IMG/VR virus record: IMGVR_UViG_2519899780_000006
Length of the DNA stretch: 48,195 nt
Direction: 5' to 3' (one strand)
From: a virus
Lineage: Duplodnaviria; Heunggongvirae; Uroviricota; Caudoviricetes
The notes under the pieces were generated by a model. It was given only the letters and a program-made list of their open reading frames with translations, searched no databases and was not told where the DNA came from. Each line of letters opens with the position of its first letter. The stretch's first letter is position 1. Below are positions 1-10,179 of the stretch, piece after piece. Position numbers and translations under genes: made by a program.

Positions 1-582
1 TTACTCTGCAGGTGAAGTCGGCCACTCAATATCAGGTGCAGTTGATGTATCAACACGGTTCAGCAACACCCGATACTTTTTCCAGGCTTCCAGCAATGAG
101 GTTTCTTCCTCCGTTGCAATTTCCAGATCTGCAGCATCCTGAAGCGGCGCAATATGCTCACTGGCTACCTGCATCAGGTTGTTTTTTGTTTCTTCCGCCT
201 CCCGGATCCGGAACAGTTTTTCTGCTTCCGTATCCTTCACCCAGGCTGTGCCGTTCCACTTCTGAAACTCCCCTTCCGGCGATAACCAGGTAACATTTTC
301 CGGTAACGGACCGAGTTCAGAAATAAATAACTCGTCCCCTGACGCTACGTCATAAACCGTTTTACCCCGATGGTCTTCAACGAGATGCCACGATGCCTCA
401 TCACTGTTGAAAACAGCCACAAAGCCAGCAGGAATATCTGGTGGTGCAATATCGGTACTGTTTGCTGGCAGACCTGTATGAGGCGGAATATATGCGTCAC
501 CTTCACCAATAAATTCATTAGTTCCGGCCAGCAGATTATAAATTTTTATGGTCCGTGGTTGTTCACTCATTCTGAATGCCAT
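1..582 (-). CDS. tfa: Tail fiber assembly protein Tfa
   Basis: 193-aa ORF beginning [24 protein letters not shown], near-identical in my recollection to lambda Tfa; stop codon at window positions 1-3; follows stf as in lambda. Confidence 0.9.
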   Translation of the reverse strand: MAFRMSEQPRTIKIYNLLAGTNEFIGEGDAYIPPHTGLPANSTDIAPPDIPAGFVAVFNSDEASWHLVEDHRGKTVYDVASGDELFISELGPLPENVTWLSPEGEFQKWNGTAWVKDTEAEKLFRIREAEETKNNLMQVASEHIAPLQDAADLEIATEEETSLLEAWKKYRVLLNRVDTSTAPDIEWPTSPAE

Positions 583-3374
583 TATGCAAGCCTCACAATA
601 TAGTTAAATGCGATGTTTTTGACGGTGTTTTCCGCGTTACCAGCAGCGTTAACGGTGATGGTGTGTCCATGTGAACCAATCGCAACGGAGTGCGCATGAG
701 CACCAATTGGAACAGAGTGCGCATGGTTACCTGTAGTGCTTGTGGCACCAGACCAGGTTCTGGAAGCGTTAAAGTTTACAGGAACACCATAAGTAAATTG
801 AGAGCCCGTAAATCCATGGGCTGGCGCAGAGCCACCCAGTGTAAATGCTCCACTTGCTGTATAGAAATTACCGCTATCACTTCTGAAGTAACCGAGAGTA
901 CCGGTAATTTCCATAGTGCCTCGGCTGTGGTTATGGTCACCAGTGGCATTTGAAGACTTAGTACCATAATCAAACGACGACGTGGTTTTCGTCCCCAAAT
1001 CCGTACTGGATGCACTGGCGCTGTGGGTGTGCGATTTAATGCCGTCCTGTTCCTGAGACAATACGGCACGACCACTGGCAGGTTTGCCCTTAATCGTCCA
1101 GCCACGCATATCAGGGATCACGCCTGACGGATAAGCGGCTGCAAGTTTCGGGTAGGCAGATTTGTCAAAAGTCTGCCCCTGCATCAGGGCATAACCAGAC
1201 GGAACGGTATCTGATGGCCACGGGATTGGTGCGCCGACTGGGTAGCTTTCTGGTGGAAGATTTTTCGAGGTATAAACTTCTGCCCAGTCTTCCTCAAAAC
1301 CATAACCGTCTCTTGAAGAACGGTAGAACAGACCACCATTTCTGTAATGCGCCTTCATCTGCAGGGTCCGGCAACTTCCGACTCCGGTATAGAAGTTAAC
1401 CAGAATATAGCTGTCGCCAGAGCGGGTGACATTGTAAGCGCCTGATTCGGCATTCCAGGGAACGGCTCCATCCGAATCCGCATAAGCCCCCGTCGAACGT
1501 CGGGCAAATGCACCAATATTTTCCGGCGTGAGGTTAATATCCGCCGAGCCATCAAACTTAACACCGTTAATTTTTGGGGCTGCCGCAAGTTTCGTCGCGG
1601 TATCGGCGTTCCCCTTCAGTGCCCCGGTGATCCCATCAGTAACAGACAACGGACCTGAAATAGTCCCTCCAGTCGTTGGCAGCGCTCCAATATCTGATGG
1701 TGTAGGTTTCTGATGTGAGCTATACATCGTATAAACAACACCATCGGTAACGCTGGAAGGCTTACTCGCTGAATATGTTGGCGAGGTATAAATAGAAACT
1801 GACGCATTTGTAGTACAATCCCAATGGATATTTACACTCGTCGCATAATTGCCAATCTCAACGTAAATATCATATGTATCGCCGGATGTATTGACCCAGG
1901 CAAAATTTGTAAACCCTGTCGATGTGCGCTGCCATAAAGCACCAGTAATCCCCTTCGGATTACCATTACCTGCACGCAAAACAAGTTCAGATATACCTGC
2001 CTGTTGAGGTGCCCCCACGTTAAATCCAGCGCCACCAATCAACGTAATTGAAACAACAGAACTCGCCTGTGGCATGGTTACCGTTGCTAATTTGAACCAA
2101 CCAGCACCACCGCTGAATGACATTGTTGTTGAGTTAAGCGTACCAATATCTTTCGGCGTCAGTGTTATATCCGCCGAAAGCGCCTTACCATTCACCTTAC
2201 GGTCAGAAGGTACCCGACCATTCGCATTGTCATTCGCTGCTTTAACTGCCTTCGGTGTCGCGGCAAGCGTTTCAGATGTGCTGTTGGTCGCACTGCTGAG
2301 CTGTACTATCCCCTTTTTCGTCGTGCTCGCATCCTCAAGCGCCACGGCGGATGCAATATCCTCTGCCCGTTTTGCCGCTGTCTCAGCGCGCGTTGCTGCA
2401 GATTCCGCCGTACTTTTGCTCTGAGCTGCTGCCGTCGCACTGCCAACTGCCTCTGTCGCCTTCGTGGATGCCGTCGTGGCGCTGCCCTTCGCTGCTGACG
2501 CCTGTCTGGTCGCCTCATCTTTTGAAGCAGACGCCGATGATGCCGATGACGCCGCCGAACTGGCGGACGATGCCGCTGCCGTTTTTGAGGATTCTGCGCT
2601 GGTTTCCGAGGCTTTCGCGTTCGTTTCGGATGTCTTCGCTGCCTCTTTTGAGGCCGCCGCATCCCGTGCTGAAGTGGCTGCTTCTGACGCTTTCGTGGTC
2701 GCGGTGGATGCAGAAGTGGCTGCTGATTGTTGTGACGCTGCCGCATTCGTTTCTGACGTTTTCGCCGCACCGGCACTGGTGGCCGCCGCGCTTTTTGAGG
2801 ACTCTGCAGCGGCAGCACTTTTTGATGCTTCAGTGGCCTTTGTTGATGCCGTTCCTGCGCTGGAAGTCGCTGACTGAGCCGACGACGCGGCCTGTCCGGC
2901 TGACGTGCTGGCTGCGCGTGCTGAGCCTGCAGCATCAGTCGCATGGGTTGCCGCCTCACGGGCTGATGTGCTGGCATCACTGGCTGACTTCTTCGCGGCT
3001 GCCGTGTTCTGTGCCACCACGGACGCGTTACGCGCCACCTCTTCCACCATCAGTTCAAAACGTCGCAGTGCCTCCGGACGGGCATCATCCTCCGTCATGG
3101 CACCGAGAAAATCATTCAGCGTACCCGGTTGTGAGTCTTCATACACGGTGATGGTCCCGGCATGCGATGGCGGGAAGCCTTCCACCAACAGAATAACGCT
3201 GTACTGACCGTACTCAACGTCCATGCTGTAACGCCCTGCTTCATCCAGATTTTCAGATGCCAGCGTGTTCACCACCACCGTGGTGCTGTTACGTTTTGCT
3301 TTCAGCTGGATTGTGCAGTTCTGTACCGGTTTACCTACACCGTCTTTCAGTACACCTGAAATCTTTACTGCCAT
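582..3374 (-). CDS. stf: Side tail fiber protein Stf
   Basis: Long ORF with a central Ala/Ser/Thr-rich low-complexity segment and C-terminal His-x-His repeats ([21 protein letters not shown]). ATG at 3372-3374 is preceded by GGGGTG; the ORF track starts at an upstream GTG (3380). Confidence 0.85.
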   Translation of the reverse strand: MAVKISGVLKDGVGKPVQNCTIQLKAKRNSTTVVVNTLASENLDEAGRYSMDVEYGQYSVILLVEGFPPSHAGTITVYEDSQPGTLNDFLGAMTEDDARPEALRRFELMVEEVARNASVVAQNTAAAKKSASDASTSAREAATHATDAAGSARAASTSAGQAASSAQSATSSAGTASTKATEASKSAAAAESSKSAAATSAGAAKTSETNAAASQQSAATSASTATTKASEAATSARDAAASKEAAKTSETNAKASETSAESSKTAAASSASSAASSASSASASKDEATRQASAAKGSATTASTKATEAVGSATAAAQSKSTAESAATRAETAAKRAEDIASAVALEDASTTKKGIVQLSSATNSTSETLAATPKAVKAANDNANGRVPSDRKVNGKALSADITLTPKDIGTLNSTTMSFSGGAGWFKLATVTMPQASSVVSITLIGGAGFNVGAPQQAGISELVLRAGNGNPKGITGALWQRTSTGFTNFAWVNTSGDTYDIYVEIGNYATSVNIHWDCTTNASVSIYTSPTYSASKPSSVTDGVVYTMYSSHQKPTPSDIGALPTTGGTISGPLSVTDGITGALKGNADTATKLAAAPKINGVKFDGSADINLTPENIGAFARRSTGAYADSDGAVPWNAESGAYNVTRSGDSYILVNFYTGVGSCRTLQMKAHYRNGGLFYRSSRDGYGFEEDWAEVYTSKNLPPESYPVGAPIPWPSDTVPSGYALMQGQTFDKSAYPKLAAAYPSGVIPDMRGWTIKGKPASGRAVLSQEQDGIKSHTHSASASSTDLGTKTTSSFDYGTKSSNATGDHNHSRGTMEITGTLGYFRSDSGNFYTASGAFTLGGSAPAHGFTGSQFTYGVPVNFNASRTWSGATSTTGNHAHSVPIGAHAHSVAIGSHGHTITVNAAGNAENTVKNIAFNYIVRLA

Positions 3375-3385
3375 ATTCACCCCAC

Positions 3386-3411
3386 AAAAAAGCCCGCCTG
3401 AACCGGCGGGC
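3386..3411 (-). terminator. Intrinsic terminator downstream of lom
   Basis: GC hairpin gcccgcc...ggcgggc followed on the minus strand by a U-run, just before the stf ribosome-binding site. Confidence 0.45.
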
Positions 3412-3438
3412 TGTCATAACACTGAGTTGCCTGGCTAA

Positions 3439-4038
3439 TCAGAACTTATAACCGACACCCACGATGAAACCGTCAGTGCGCCAGTCGCCACTGCCGGAGC
3501 CTTCATAAGCAATATCAATGGCCACGGATTCGGTCGGGTTAAACTGCACGCCAGCCCCCCACGCCAGAGACGTGTTGCTGTGGCGACCGTCATCACTTCC
3601 GGTCAGCACGTCGTGCGTTTTCCCCTTGTTGTCAGTTACGCGGAGATAATCCCCGGAGAAAGTCGACACACGGCTGTAAGCCACACCCGCCATCGCATAC
3701 GCGCTGAACCATTCATTCACGCGCACAGACGGCCCCGCCATTACGCTGAACCAGCGGTTACGAACGGAATCTTCATGCCAGCGGGTATCGCTGTAGTGCG
3801 TTTTTTTCTCATCTTCAGCATTGGCATAACTGAAGGACGTAATCAGCCCCAGCGCGTCCGTAAACTCATAACGGTATTTCACGTTAATCCCGTTCAGATT
3901 ATCGCTGCCGGGAGCGTTCGTACGGGCATGAAGATACCCCGCGCTCAGTGTGGACTGATGTTCAGACGCCCATGCAGGCGCACCGGATACGGACAGACAG
4001 ATGGCTGCGGACAAAATGGCTGCACAAACTTTACGCAT
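3439..4038 (-). CDS. lom: Lom/Ail-family outer membrane protein
   Basis: 199 aa with N-terminal signal peptide (MRKVCAAILSAAICLSVSGAPAWA) and beta-barrel-like sequence ending in F; sits between J and stf as in lambda. Confidence 0.85.
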   Translation of the reverse strand: MRKVCAAILSAAICLSVSGAPAWASEHQSTLSAGYLHARTNAPGSDNLNGINVKYRYEFTDALGLITSFSYANAEDEKKTHYSDTRWHEDSVRNRWFSVMAGPSVRVNEWFSAYAMAGVAYSRVSTFSGDYLRVTDNKGKTHDVLTGSDDGRHSNTSLAWGAGVQFNPTESVAIDIAYEGSGSGDWRTDGFIVGVGYKF

Positions 4039-4059
4039 AATTACCTCTCGCTTTTCTGC

Positions 4060-4086
4060 AATAAAAAAGGCGCCATTTCTGGCGCC
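4060..4086 (-). terminator. Intrinsic terminator between J and lom
   Basis: Hairpin ggcgccatttctggcgcc (4069-4086) followed on the minus strand by TTTTTTA. Confidence 0.45.
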
Positions 4087-4105
4087 CGTATATGGGTTAT
4101 AAAAT

Positions 4106-7100
4106 TCAGCTGATACTGATGCCTGCGGTGGCTTTCTTCATCACCACAACCAGCAAATCGCTGATACTTGCTGTGGGATACCAGTTATTCATCAGCCATG
4201 CTGATACCGAAAACTCCAGCGTCATGTGACCGTGACCGGCAGGCATATCAATAACGCCACTGTAAATCAGCGTATTATCCAGCGCGGTACGGTTATAAAT
4301 TTCAGCACCGTTTTTCCGCACTATCAGACGGCATGAGGAGTAAATATCAGTATGCTCTCTCTTATGCTTAGCGCCACTGAATGCCACTGCCGGAATAACA
4401 ATCTGCCGGTCAAACGGCTGATCGTCATAAACCCTGACGGTAATGGTCCCTGATGGCCACCGCTCCGGTGCACGGGAATCCCGGGGGAAAGCTTTGCCCA
4501 CTGTTTTAACGAGATCGCCTTCAATCTGGTTCGCGGACAGTTTTCCCAGAACCCGACAGTTCTCGTTAATCGTGACGTTGTTGAGCGTCCCGGAATTCGC
4601 ATTCACGTTACCGCTGATATCAGCATTTCTTGCGGTCAGCCTGCCCTCCGGCGTCAGGGAAAACGTCGGGGGATTGCCGGACGAGGTGATACTCACCGCA
4701 AACAGCCGCTTCAGGAACACATCGTTCATGAACAACTGATTCCCCTGCGCCACAAATAACGGCGTGGTGTTGCCGTCCTCCGGGTTAATCATCGCAATAC
4801 GGTCAGCCAGCAGCAGTATGTTGCTCAGGGGCTGGCCATCAGTATCCTCAATCCCCGCTCCAATACCGGCAACATAGGGTATGCCATTTTTTGTTTTCTG
4901 TACCTTCAGCATGTAAAGTGCAGCAAGGTCATCATTTGTGTCCTTCTGCACGCGCTGTATCTGCTGTATGGTGGCGCTCTGGTCCTCCAGCGTTTTACTG
5001 ACCGTCTGTGTGATTTCATTGCGGGTTTCGGTGATGGTGGTCTTCATCTCCGCCATCTCATCCGCAAGCTGGCTGTTGTCTATCAGCTCCCACAGCCCCT
5101 GAGCCAGATGCAGTTTTCCTATTTTTTCCCGAAACAGCCCCAGATACCCTTCTGCATCATTGCTGGCCCGTCCACTGGCTTCAACAAAAGCAGATTTCCC
5201 CACCAGGTTAACGCTGCGTACATAAAACCAGAAATCCTTCCCGGGCTTAATGTGCGGGCCGGAGACAGTCCACTGACTGCCAGTCCCCAGATAACGGGCA
5301 GATTTTTCCACCTGTGCCGTGTTCGTGATGCGTTTTTCTGAGAACCAGAATTCAAACTGTACCGTCGGGTCATACACCGCCAGCACCGGTACCGCTGTTA
5401 TCTGAAAATACCCCGGCGTCAGTTCAATGGTGGCGGGTTTTGCTGGCGCGTTAATCCGGAAGGTGGTGGTGGCCGGTTCGCCCTGCTGGCCATAACTGTT
5501 AATTGCCCTGACTGTCAGGGTGTATTCCCCGAGCGGCAGACCACTGAAACGATGCTCTGTATCCGCAGTGATAGCGGTGGTCACCAGACGGCTGTCTTCT
5601 CCGCTTCCGCTGGTCAGTCGCAGACTGAAGCGCACCCCCTTCACCACCCGCGGCGTGTCCCATTTCGCCTGTGCCAGATACTGGCCGTCAGCTGCGCTCA
5701 CCTCCACCGTCAGGTGCTGCACTGCCGGTGGGATGACGCTGTTCAGGGAGCCTGACTGCGGCTCAAAGCGGGCACCGTTATCCACGATGGCTTCTTTTTC
5801 CGGTACGTGCTGCACCGCCGTGATGGCAAAGGTGCCGTCCGTGTTTTCCCGGACGGAGACACAGCGGAACAGGCGACGGCGCAGTGACGGCAGGGAGAGT
5901 CCCCACACCCCGTATGTCTCCACACCATCAGGCAGGGTACTGACCTGTATCCGGTCCGGCGCGGGGTGTGCGGTGATGTCCACACTCACCGGCTTACCGC
6001 TGCCGTTAATCAGGTTCACCGCCGATGTACCTGTCTCCGGCAGGGTAACCTCACGGTCCAGCGTCAGGGTGCGGGTGGCAGCATCAATGGACAGGATACG
6101 TCCGCCGGTCATGGTCCCGGCATAGTCGTTATCACAGATTTCAATAATGTCACCGGGTGTGTGACGCAGCCCCTGTGACCCGAGCGTGAAGTCCACCGTC
6201 TGCGTTTCCAGCAGTTCGGTCTTTATCACCCACAGCCCGGCACGGTGGGCCTGACCGCGGCTGGTACAGCCGAACGCGTCCATCTTCAGCAGGTTGCGTC
6301 CGTAGCGCAGTATGGCTTCCGGGTCTTCCACCAGTTCCGTGGAGGTCTGCCAGCCGTTCTGCGGGTCGGTGTAATTCACCTCCACCGCCGTGTGCCGGTC
6401 CTTCAGGGCACTGAAGCTGTAGCGGAACCCCACGCCGTTATCATCCACCACCACATCGCTGTTGGTGTACGGCCACACCACATCCGACTGGCGGTCCTGA
6501 ACGAACGTCAGCGTCTGGCCGTTCCATACCGGCATACAGCGCATCGCCGAGCAGAAATCACTGAGAACGTCCCACGCCTTACGCTGTTGTGCCAGGTACG
6601 CATTAAAGGTCATCCGCGGCTCTGTGCCCCCGAAACCATCCGGGACCGTCTGGTCGCAGTACTGCCCGATGGCATACAGCGCCCACTTGTCCACATCCGC
6701 CGCCCCCAGACGTTTTCCCATGCCGTAGCGCGGGTGAGTCAGCATGTCCCACAGACACCAGGCCGGGTTGTTGCTGTATGCCGGTTTCAGACTGCCGTCC
6801 CAGATACCACTGTACGTGCGTTTTTCCGGGTCATAGTTTGACGGCACCTGGATGATGCGACCGCGGATATGGTAGTTCACCGTCATCTGCTGGCCGCCGA
6901 ACTGCTCCGCATCCACCTGCAGCCCCACAATGGCCGTGTTCGGGTAGCACTGTTTCACATCGATAATTTCAGTGTACGATGACCAGAGCGTTCTGTTCTG
7001 CAACTGGTCCGTGGTGCTGTCCGCCGTCTCCCTGACCATCCGGATGTTAAAGGGCCGGGGCGGCAGATTATCCAGAATCACCGAGGCCAGGAACTGTGAG

Positions 7101-7579
7101 GTGGTCTTGCCGTTAATGGTGACGTCCTTTTCCGTCACCCAGCGGCCATTACGCTGTAACTGAATCAGAATCCGGACAGAGGAAGGATTACGGTCGCCCT
7201 TTGACGTGGTCTGCACCAGTGACTGCACCCCGAAGGTAACCCGCAGGCGGTCAATGTTCGCGGACGTAATGGTGCGCGTCACCGGTTTTGCCTTCGTCAC
7301 TTCCACGCCCAGTCCGGTTTCAGCTCCGGAGGACTCAAAGCCTTCCGGTGGTGTCTGCTCCTGCTCCCCGGCGCGCCAGACCGCCGTCACACCGTGTATC
7401 ACGGGATTACCGTCCGTGTCCGTCAGCGGGGTTTTGTTCACCAGAATACTCTGCAGGCCTTTCACCGGGCCTTCTATCGGTCCCTCACCAATCGCATCAA
7501 TCACGCTCATCATCTGCGTGGATTTGAGATTGTCTTTCGCCTCACGCGGTGTGTGCGCCCTGCCGCCGCCTTTGCCCAT
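4106..7579 (-). CDS. J: Tail tip host-specificity protein J
   Basis: 1157 aa, N-terminus [22 protein letters not shown] matches lambda J as I recall it; position after I. Confidence 0.9.
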   Translation of the reverse strand: MGKGGGRAHTPREAKDNLKSTQMMSVIDAIGEGPIEGPVKGLQSILVNKTPLTDTDGNPVIHGVTAVWRAGEQEQTPPEGFESSGAETGLGVEVTKAKPVTRTITSANIDRLRVTFGVQSLVQTTSKGDRNPSSVRILIQLQRNGRWVTEKDVTINGKTTSQFLASVILDNLPPRPFNIRMVRETADSTTDQLQNRTLWSSYTEIIDVKQCYPNTAIVGLQVDAEQFGGQQMTVNYHIRGRIIQVPSNYDPEKRTYSGIWDGSLKPAYSNNPAWCLWDMLTHPRYGMGKRLGAADVDKWALYAIGQYCDQTVPDGFGGTEPRMTFNAYLAQQRKAWDVLSDFCSAMRCMPVWNGQTLTFVQDRQSDVVWPYTNSDVVVDDNGVGFRYSFSALKDRHTAVEVNYTDPQNGWQTSTELVEDPEAILRYGRNLLKMDAFGCTSRGQAHRAGLWVIKTELLETQTVDFTLGSQGLRHTPGDIIEICDNDYAGTMTGGRILSIDAATRTLTLDREVTLPETGTSAVNLINGSGKPVSVDITAHPAPDRIQVSTLPDGVETYGVWGLSLPSLRRRLFRCVSVRENTDGTFAITAVQHVPEKEAIVDNGARFEPQSGSLNSVIPPAVQHLTVEVSAADGQYLAQAKWDTPRVVKGVRFSLRLTSGSGEDSRLVTTAITADTEHRFSGLPLGEYTLTVRAINSYGQQGEPATTTFRINAPAKPATIELTPGYFQITAVPVLAVYDPTVQFEFWFSEKRITNTAQVEKSARYLGTGSQWTVSGPHIKPGKDFWFYVRSVNLVGKSAFVEASGRASNDAEGYLGLFREKIGKLHLAQGLWELIDNSQLADEMAEMKTTITETRNEITQTVSKTLEDQSATIQQIQRVQKDTNDDLAALYMLKVQKTKNGIPYVAGIGAGIEDTDGQPLSNILLLADRIAMINPEDGNTTPLFVAQGNQLFMNDVFLKRLFAVSITSSGNPPTFSLTPEGRLTARNADISGNVNANSGTLNNVTINENCRVLGKLSANQIEGDLVKTVGKAFPRDSRAPERWPSGTITVRVYDDQPFDRQIVIPAVAFSGAKHKREHTDIYSSCRLIVRKNGAEIYNRTALDNTLIYSGVIDMPAGHGHMTLEFSVSAWLMNNWYPTASISDLLVVVMKKATAGISIS

Positions 7580-7682
7580 TACATCACCTCTTACCGTGAT
7601 AATTGTTCACTCACAAAAACAACAGGCACCTCACCGGGTGCCTGCGTCATGACGGAATAAAATTTCTGAATATCTTCACATT

Positions 7683-7710
7683 TTCACACACTGACTGTGG
7701 CGCTTATAAT
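7683..7710 (+). promoter_or_regulatory. Candidate sigma70 promoter for an I-J intergenic small RNA
   Basis: TTCACA (7683-7688), 16-nt spacer, consensus TATAAT (7705-7710), on the strand opposite the tail genes. Confidence 0.35.
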
Positions 7711-7716
7711 TTCGCT

Positions 7717-7815
7717 GCGTTAGTGTTTTTTTGCCCGGGTAACCAAAACAACTCCTTAACATTAATCTTCATTTGTCTGTCCCCGCAGCTCCGCGATCAC
7801 TGCGGGATTTTTTTA
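7717..7815 (+). ncRNA. Candidate small RNA in the I-J gap (possibly AgvB-like anti-sRNA)
   Basis: About 100 nt between the promoter above and a hairpin cccgcag...ctgcggg (7782-7806) plus U-run (7808-7814). No ATG or RBS. Body is C/A-rich (AACCAAAACAACUCCUUAACAUUAAUC). Confidence 0.3.
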
Positions 7816-7819
7816 TGTT

Positions 7820-8500
7820 TTATCCCTGTCGACCAATAACCACCACCTTTCCGCCCCCGCCTTCATCACGGGTGCTGATGTCCTGAGAGATACGTCGTGA
7901 ACCAACCAGCATTTCACCGTAGGGCACCGGCATCGGGTTGCCCTGGGCAATCATGTTGTCCAGTGAGGAAAAGTACGTGTTCTGTTTACCGTTATCCGTT
8001 GCGCGGTAATCCGGTGTTTTTGCCTTCGGGGCCAGCATCTGGGCCACACCGCCCAGAATCATACTGGCACCCAGTGAAAACAGCATCGTGGTGGCAGAAA
8101 AACCACCGGCACTCAGGGCTGTACCCCATAACGCCATCGAGCCTCCGGCCGTGAAGAAAGAGCCCACGATGGCTGCCGCCCCCAGCACAATCTGCAGTCC
8201 GCCCTTTCCGGCACCGGCCAGTCGCGGCACAATGTGGATGACCGTTCCCTCACCCAGCTGTTCGTGAAGGCGGGCATACACCGCCTCCGGTGCCGTGTCC
8301 TCACCGGCAATACGTATCTGGTACCAGCCTTCGTTCATCTGACGGCGGAATCCGGGCACCTGTAACGACAGCGCCCGGATGGCTTCCGCTGCCGTGTTCA
8401 CATACAGGCTGAGGCGGCGGCCAAATCGTTGTAAATCCCCGTGAAGGCAGATGCGTGCCAGTGGCGGTGACGCCAGACAGAATGCGTTCGTCGTTGCCAT
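7820..8500 (-). CDS. I: Tail assembly protein I
   Basis: 226 aa, lambda gpI-like with Gly/Ala-rich hydrophobic core; overlaps K 3' end as in lambda. Confidence 0.85.
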   Translation of the reverse strand: MATTNAFCLASPPLARICLHGDLQRFGRRLSLYVNTAAEAIRALSLQVPGFRRQMNEGWYQIRIAGEDTAPEAVYARLHEQLGEGTVIHIVPRLAGAGKGGLQIVLGAAAIVGSFFTAGGSMALWGTALSAGGFSATTMLFSLGASMILGGVAQMLAPKAKTPDYRATDNGKQNTYFSSLDNMIAQGNPMPVPYGEMLVGSRRISQDISTRDEGGGGKVVVIGRQG

Positions 8501-9141
8501 TTTTCGGAATACCTCTCCCGTTTACTCAGTTGTTCAGGCAGATGGTGAAGCAGCTCACCGTTGCCGCAGTAAATGGCGGCATGGTTCGGTACCGAAGCAC
8601 CAAAGCAGCACAGCAGAATATCGCCCGCCTGTGCAGAGGACAGGGGCACCCGGTAAAAGCCGGTGACCGCCATATTGTCCAGGTACAGGTTCTGGCCGTT
8701 GCGCCACCAGTCATCCTCGCGATGAAAATCCGGCATTTCAGTCCCCGCCAGATGATAAGCATCCCGGAACAGCGTGTAACAGTCCGTCACCCCGTGCTCA
8801 AAGCGCCGTCCTGTCAGATGTGGCACACAGCGGAATTTGTGAATGTCACCCCGGCAGACCAGCCACCAGGGCAGTGCGCTTTTTATCTGCAGCCGCCGGT
8901 CAGCCTCGCTCAGCCAGGGCAGCCCACCGGGATGACTGTGGACCAGTGCCACAATCTCCCCCTGCATCTCTGCCCGCAGCCAGTCTTCCGGTGCGATACG
9001 AAAATACGCCTCCGGCTCTGCGGAAATATTCACACAAGGGATATACCGCTCCCCCTCCGGCGTGCTTATCACGAAGCCGCACGACTCCGCAGGCGCACAC
9101 CGCCGGGCATGTGCCAGAATCGCTGATTCAGTCTGTGTCAT
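8398..9141 (-). CDS. K: Tail assembly protein K (JAMM/MPN plus NlpC/P60-like)
   Basis: Start taken at MTQTESAILAHARRC (ATG 9139-9141), directly after the L stop; HSHPGG motif. The ORF track extends it upstream to 9402. Confidence 0.8.
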   Translation of the reverse strand: MTQTESAILAHARRCAPAESCGFVISTPEGERYIPCVNISAEPEAYFRIAPEDWLRAEMQGEIVALVHSHPGGLPWLSEADRRLQIKSALPWWLVCRGDIHKFRCVPHLTGRRFEHGVTDCYTLFRDAYHLAGTEMPDFHREDDWWRNGQNLYLDNMAVTGFYRVPLSSAQAGDILLCCFGASVPNHAAIYCGNGELLHHLPEQLSKRERYSEKWQRRTHSVWRHRHWHASAFTGIYNDLAAASACM

Positions 9142-9151
9142 AAACCGGGAT

Positions 9152-9850
9152 TTACTGCGAAAGTTTATTAATGGAAAGGAAACCGCCAAAATTGCCGACA
9201 TTCCTGCGCAGTTCACACCCGCGCATGCACTTGCTGCATCTGTCCTTACGGATATCCGTGGTGGGGTTGTCGAACTCATCCGCCACCGCAGGACCGTTAT
9301 ACCCGCATTCATCTCCCCGGTAATCCCACATACAGGTGTTCGCCAGCATGATGCGACCGGGAAACAGCGCCCCGTCCGTCTCGGTCGGTGTAGCCAGCAC
9401 AAACGAGGCCGTCATGGCTGTCAGCTGCGACATCTGCTCCACCACCCAGCGGTCACTCAGCTCCTGCTCCGGGTCCGCCTCCGGATTGCCCGCAACGAAA
9501 TTCACCGCATCCAGAAAACGGGCATACACCCGGCGGCGGACCACCGTGGCCCCCACCAGACTCTGCAGGTCTTCCGCCATCCCGGTGACCAGACCGAACA
9601 GATTGGACACCGTCAGCGACGGTCTGGCACTGCTGCCCCGGCCGTTCATCTCAAAGCCGCTGCCGTCAATCGGGTATGCCTCATACTTACGCCCCTGCCA
9701 GGTGACCGGCTCCCCTTTTTCATTCAGCTCATTACAGAAAAAATACCGCTCACCACCCTGTACCGTCAGGTCGATTTCCCAGAGTACCACCCGCGGTGAC
9801 TGCTCTGACTTAACCGACTCGTTCAGACTTTCTTCGCGAATATCCTGCAT
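9152..9850 (-). CDS. L: Minor tail protein L
   Basis: 232 aa, same length as lambda gpL; Cys-rich C-terminus; between M and K. Confidence 0.85.
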   Translation of the reverse strand: MQDIREESLNESVKSEQSPRVVLWEIDLTVQGGERYFFCNELNEKGEPVTWQGRKYEAYPIDGSGFEMNGRGSSARPSLTVSNLFGLVTGMAEDLQSLVGATVVRRRVYARFLDAVNFVAGNPEADPEQELSDRWVVEQMSQLTAMTASFVLATPTETDGALFPGRIMLANTCMWDYRGDECGYNGPAVADEFDNPTTDIRKDRCSKCMRGCELRRNVGNFGGFLSINKLSQ

Positions 9851-10179
9851 CAGTTCACCACCTGCTTAAACTCCGCGCTGAACTCAACGCGCAACATCCC
9901 GACCCGTGCAGACCACCCGGCACAGGTCACCTTTATCTGCCGGTATGCATAAGGAGGTGTCCACAGAAACGCCTTCCAGCCACCGTGCTCTGCCAGGAAT
10001 GCCTCCAGATGTCGGGCCTCCTCCCGGGTCACGGAAAGCGTCACCCTGTATGTTTTCAGGTCAGCATTCAGCCCTGCCGCCATACGCTGTGAGTACCCGT
10101 CACCAAAACGCACTTCACGCACCGATGGCTGCGAGTTCACCTCCATATCCGGCTTCACTTTCCAGCGAAAGGTTTTCAT
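9850..10179 (-). CDS. M: Minor tail protein M
   Basis: 109 aa, same length and position as lambda gpM. Confidence 0.85.
   Translation of the reverse strand: MKTFRWKVKPDMEVNSQPSVREVRFGDGYSQRMAAGLNADLKTYRVTLSVTREEARHLEAFLAEHGGWKAFLWTPPYAYRQIKVTCAGWSARVGMLRVEFSAEFKQVVN

Noticed and set aside
2306-3151. Large ORFs on both strands overlapping the stf low-complexity region (224 aa, 266 aa, 137 aa)
   Set aside because: They are Arg/Pro/Gln-rich or Ala-rich translations of the Ala/Ser/Thr codon repeat region of stf; alternative-frame artefacts, not genes.
5520-6841. Plus-strand ORFs of 198-201 aa antisense to J, and similar antisense ORFs within B, C and A (for example 19726..20376, 18540..19115, 21676..22377)
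   Set aside because: They lie wholly inside well-supported structural genes on the other strand and lack RBS; typical high-GC antisense open frames.
7603-7839. 78-aa plus-strand ORF spanning the I-J gap
   Set aside because: No RBS, runs straight through the terminator hairpin, and has hydrophobic low-complexity content. The region is better explained as a non-coding promoter-terminator unit.
8455-9869. Plus-strand ORFs of 177-245 aa overlapping K and L
   Set aside because: Antisense to conserved tail genes K and L; Arg/Pro-rich composition; no translation signals.
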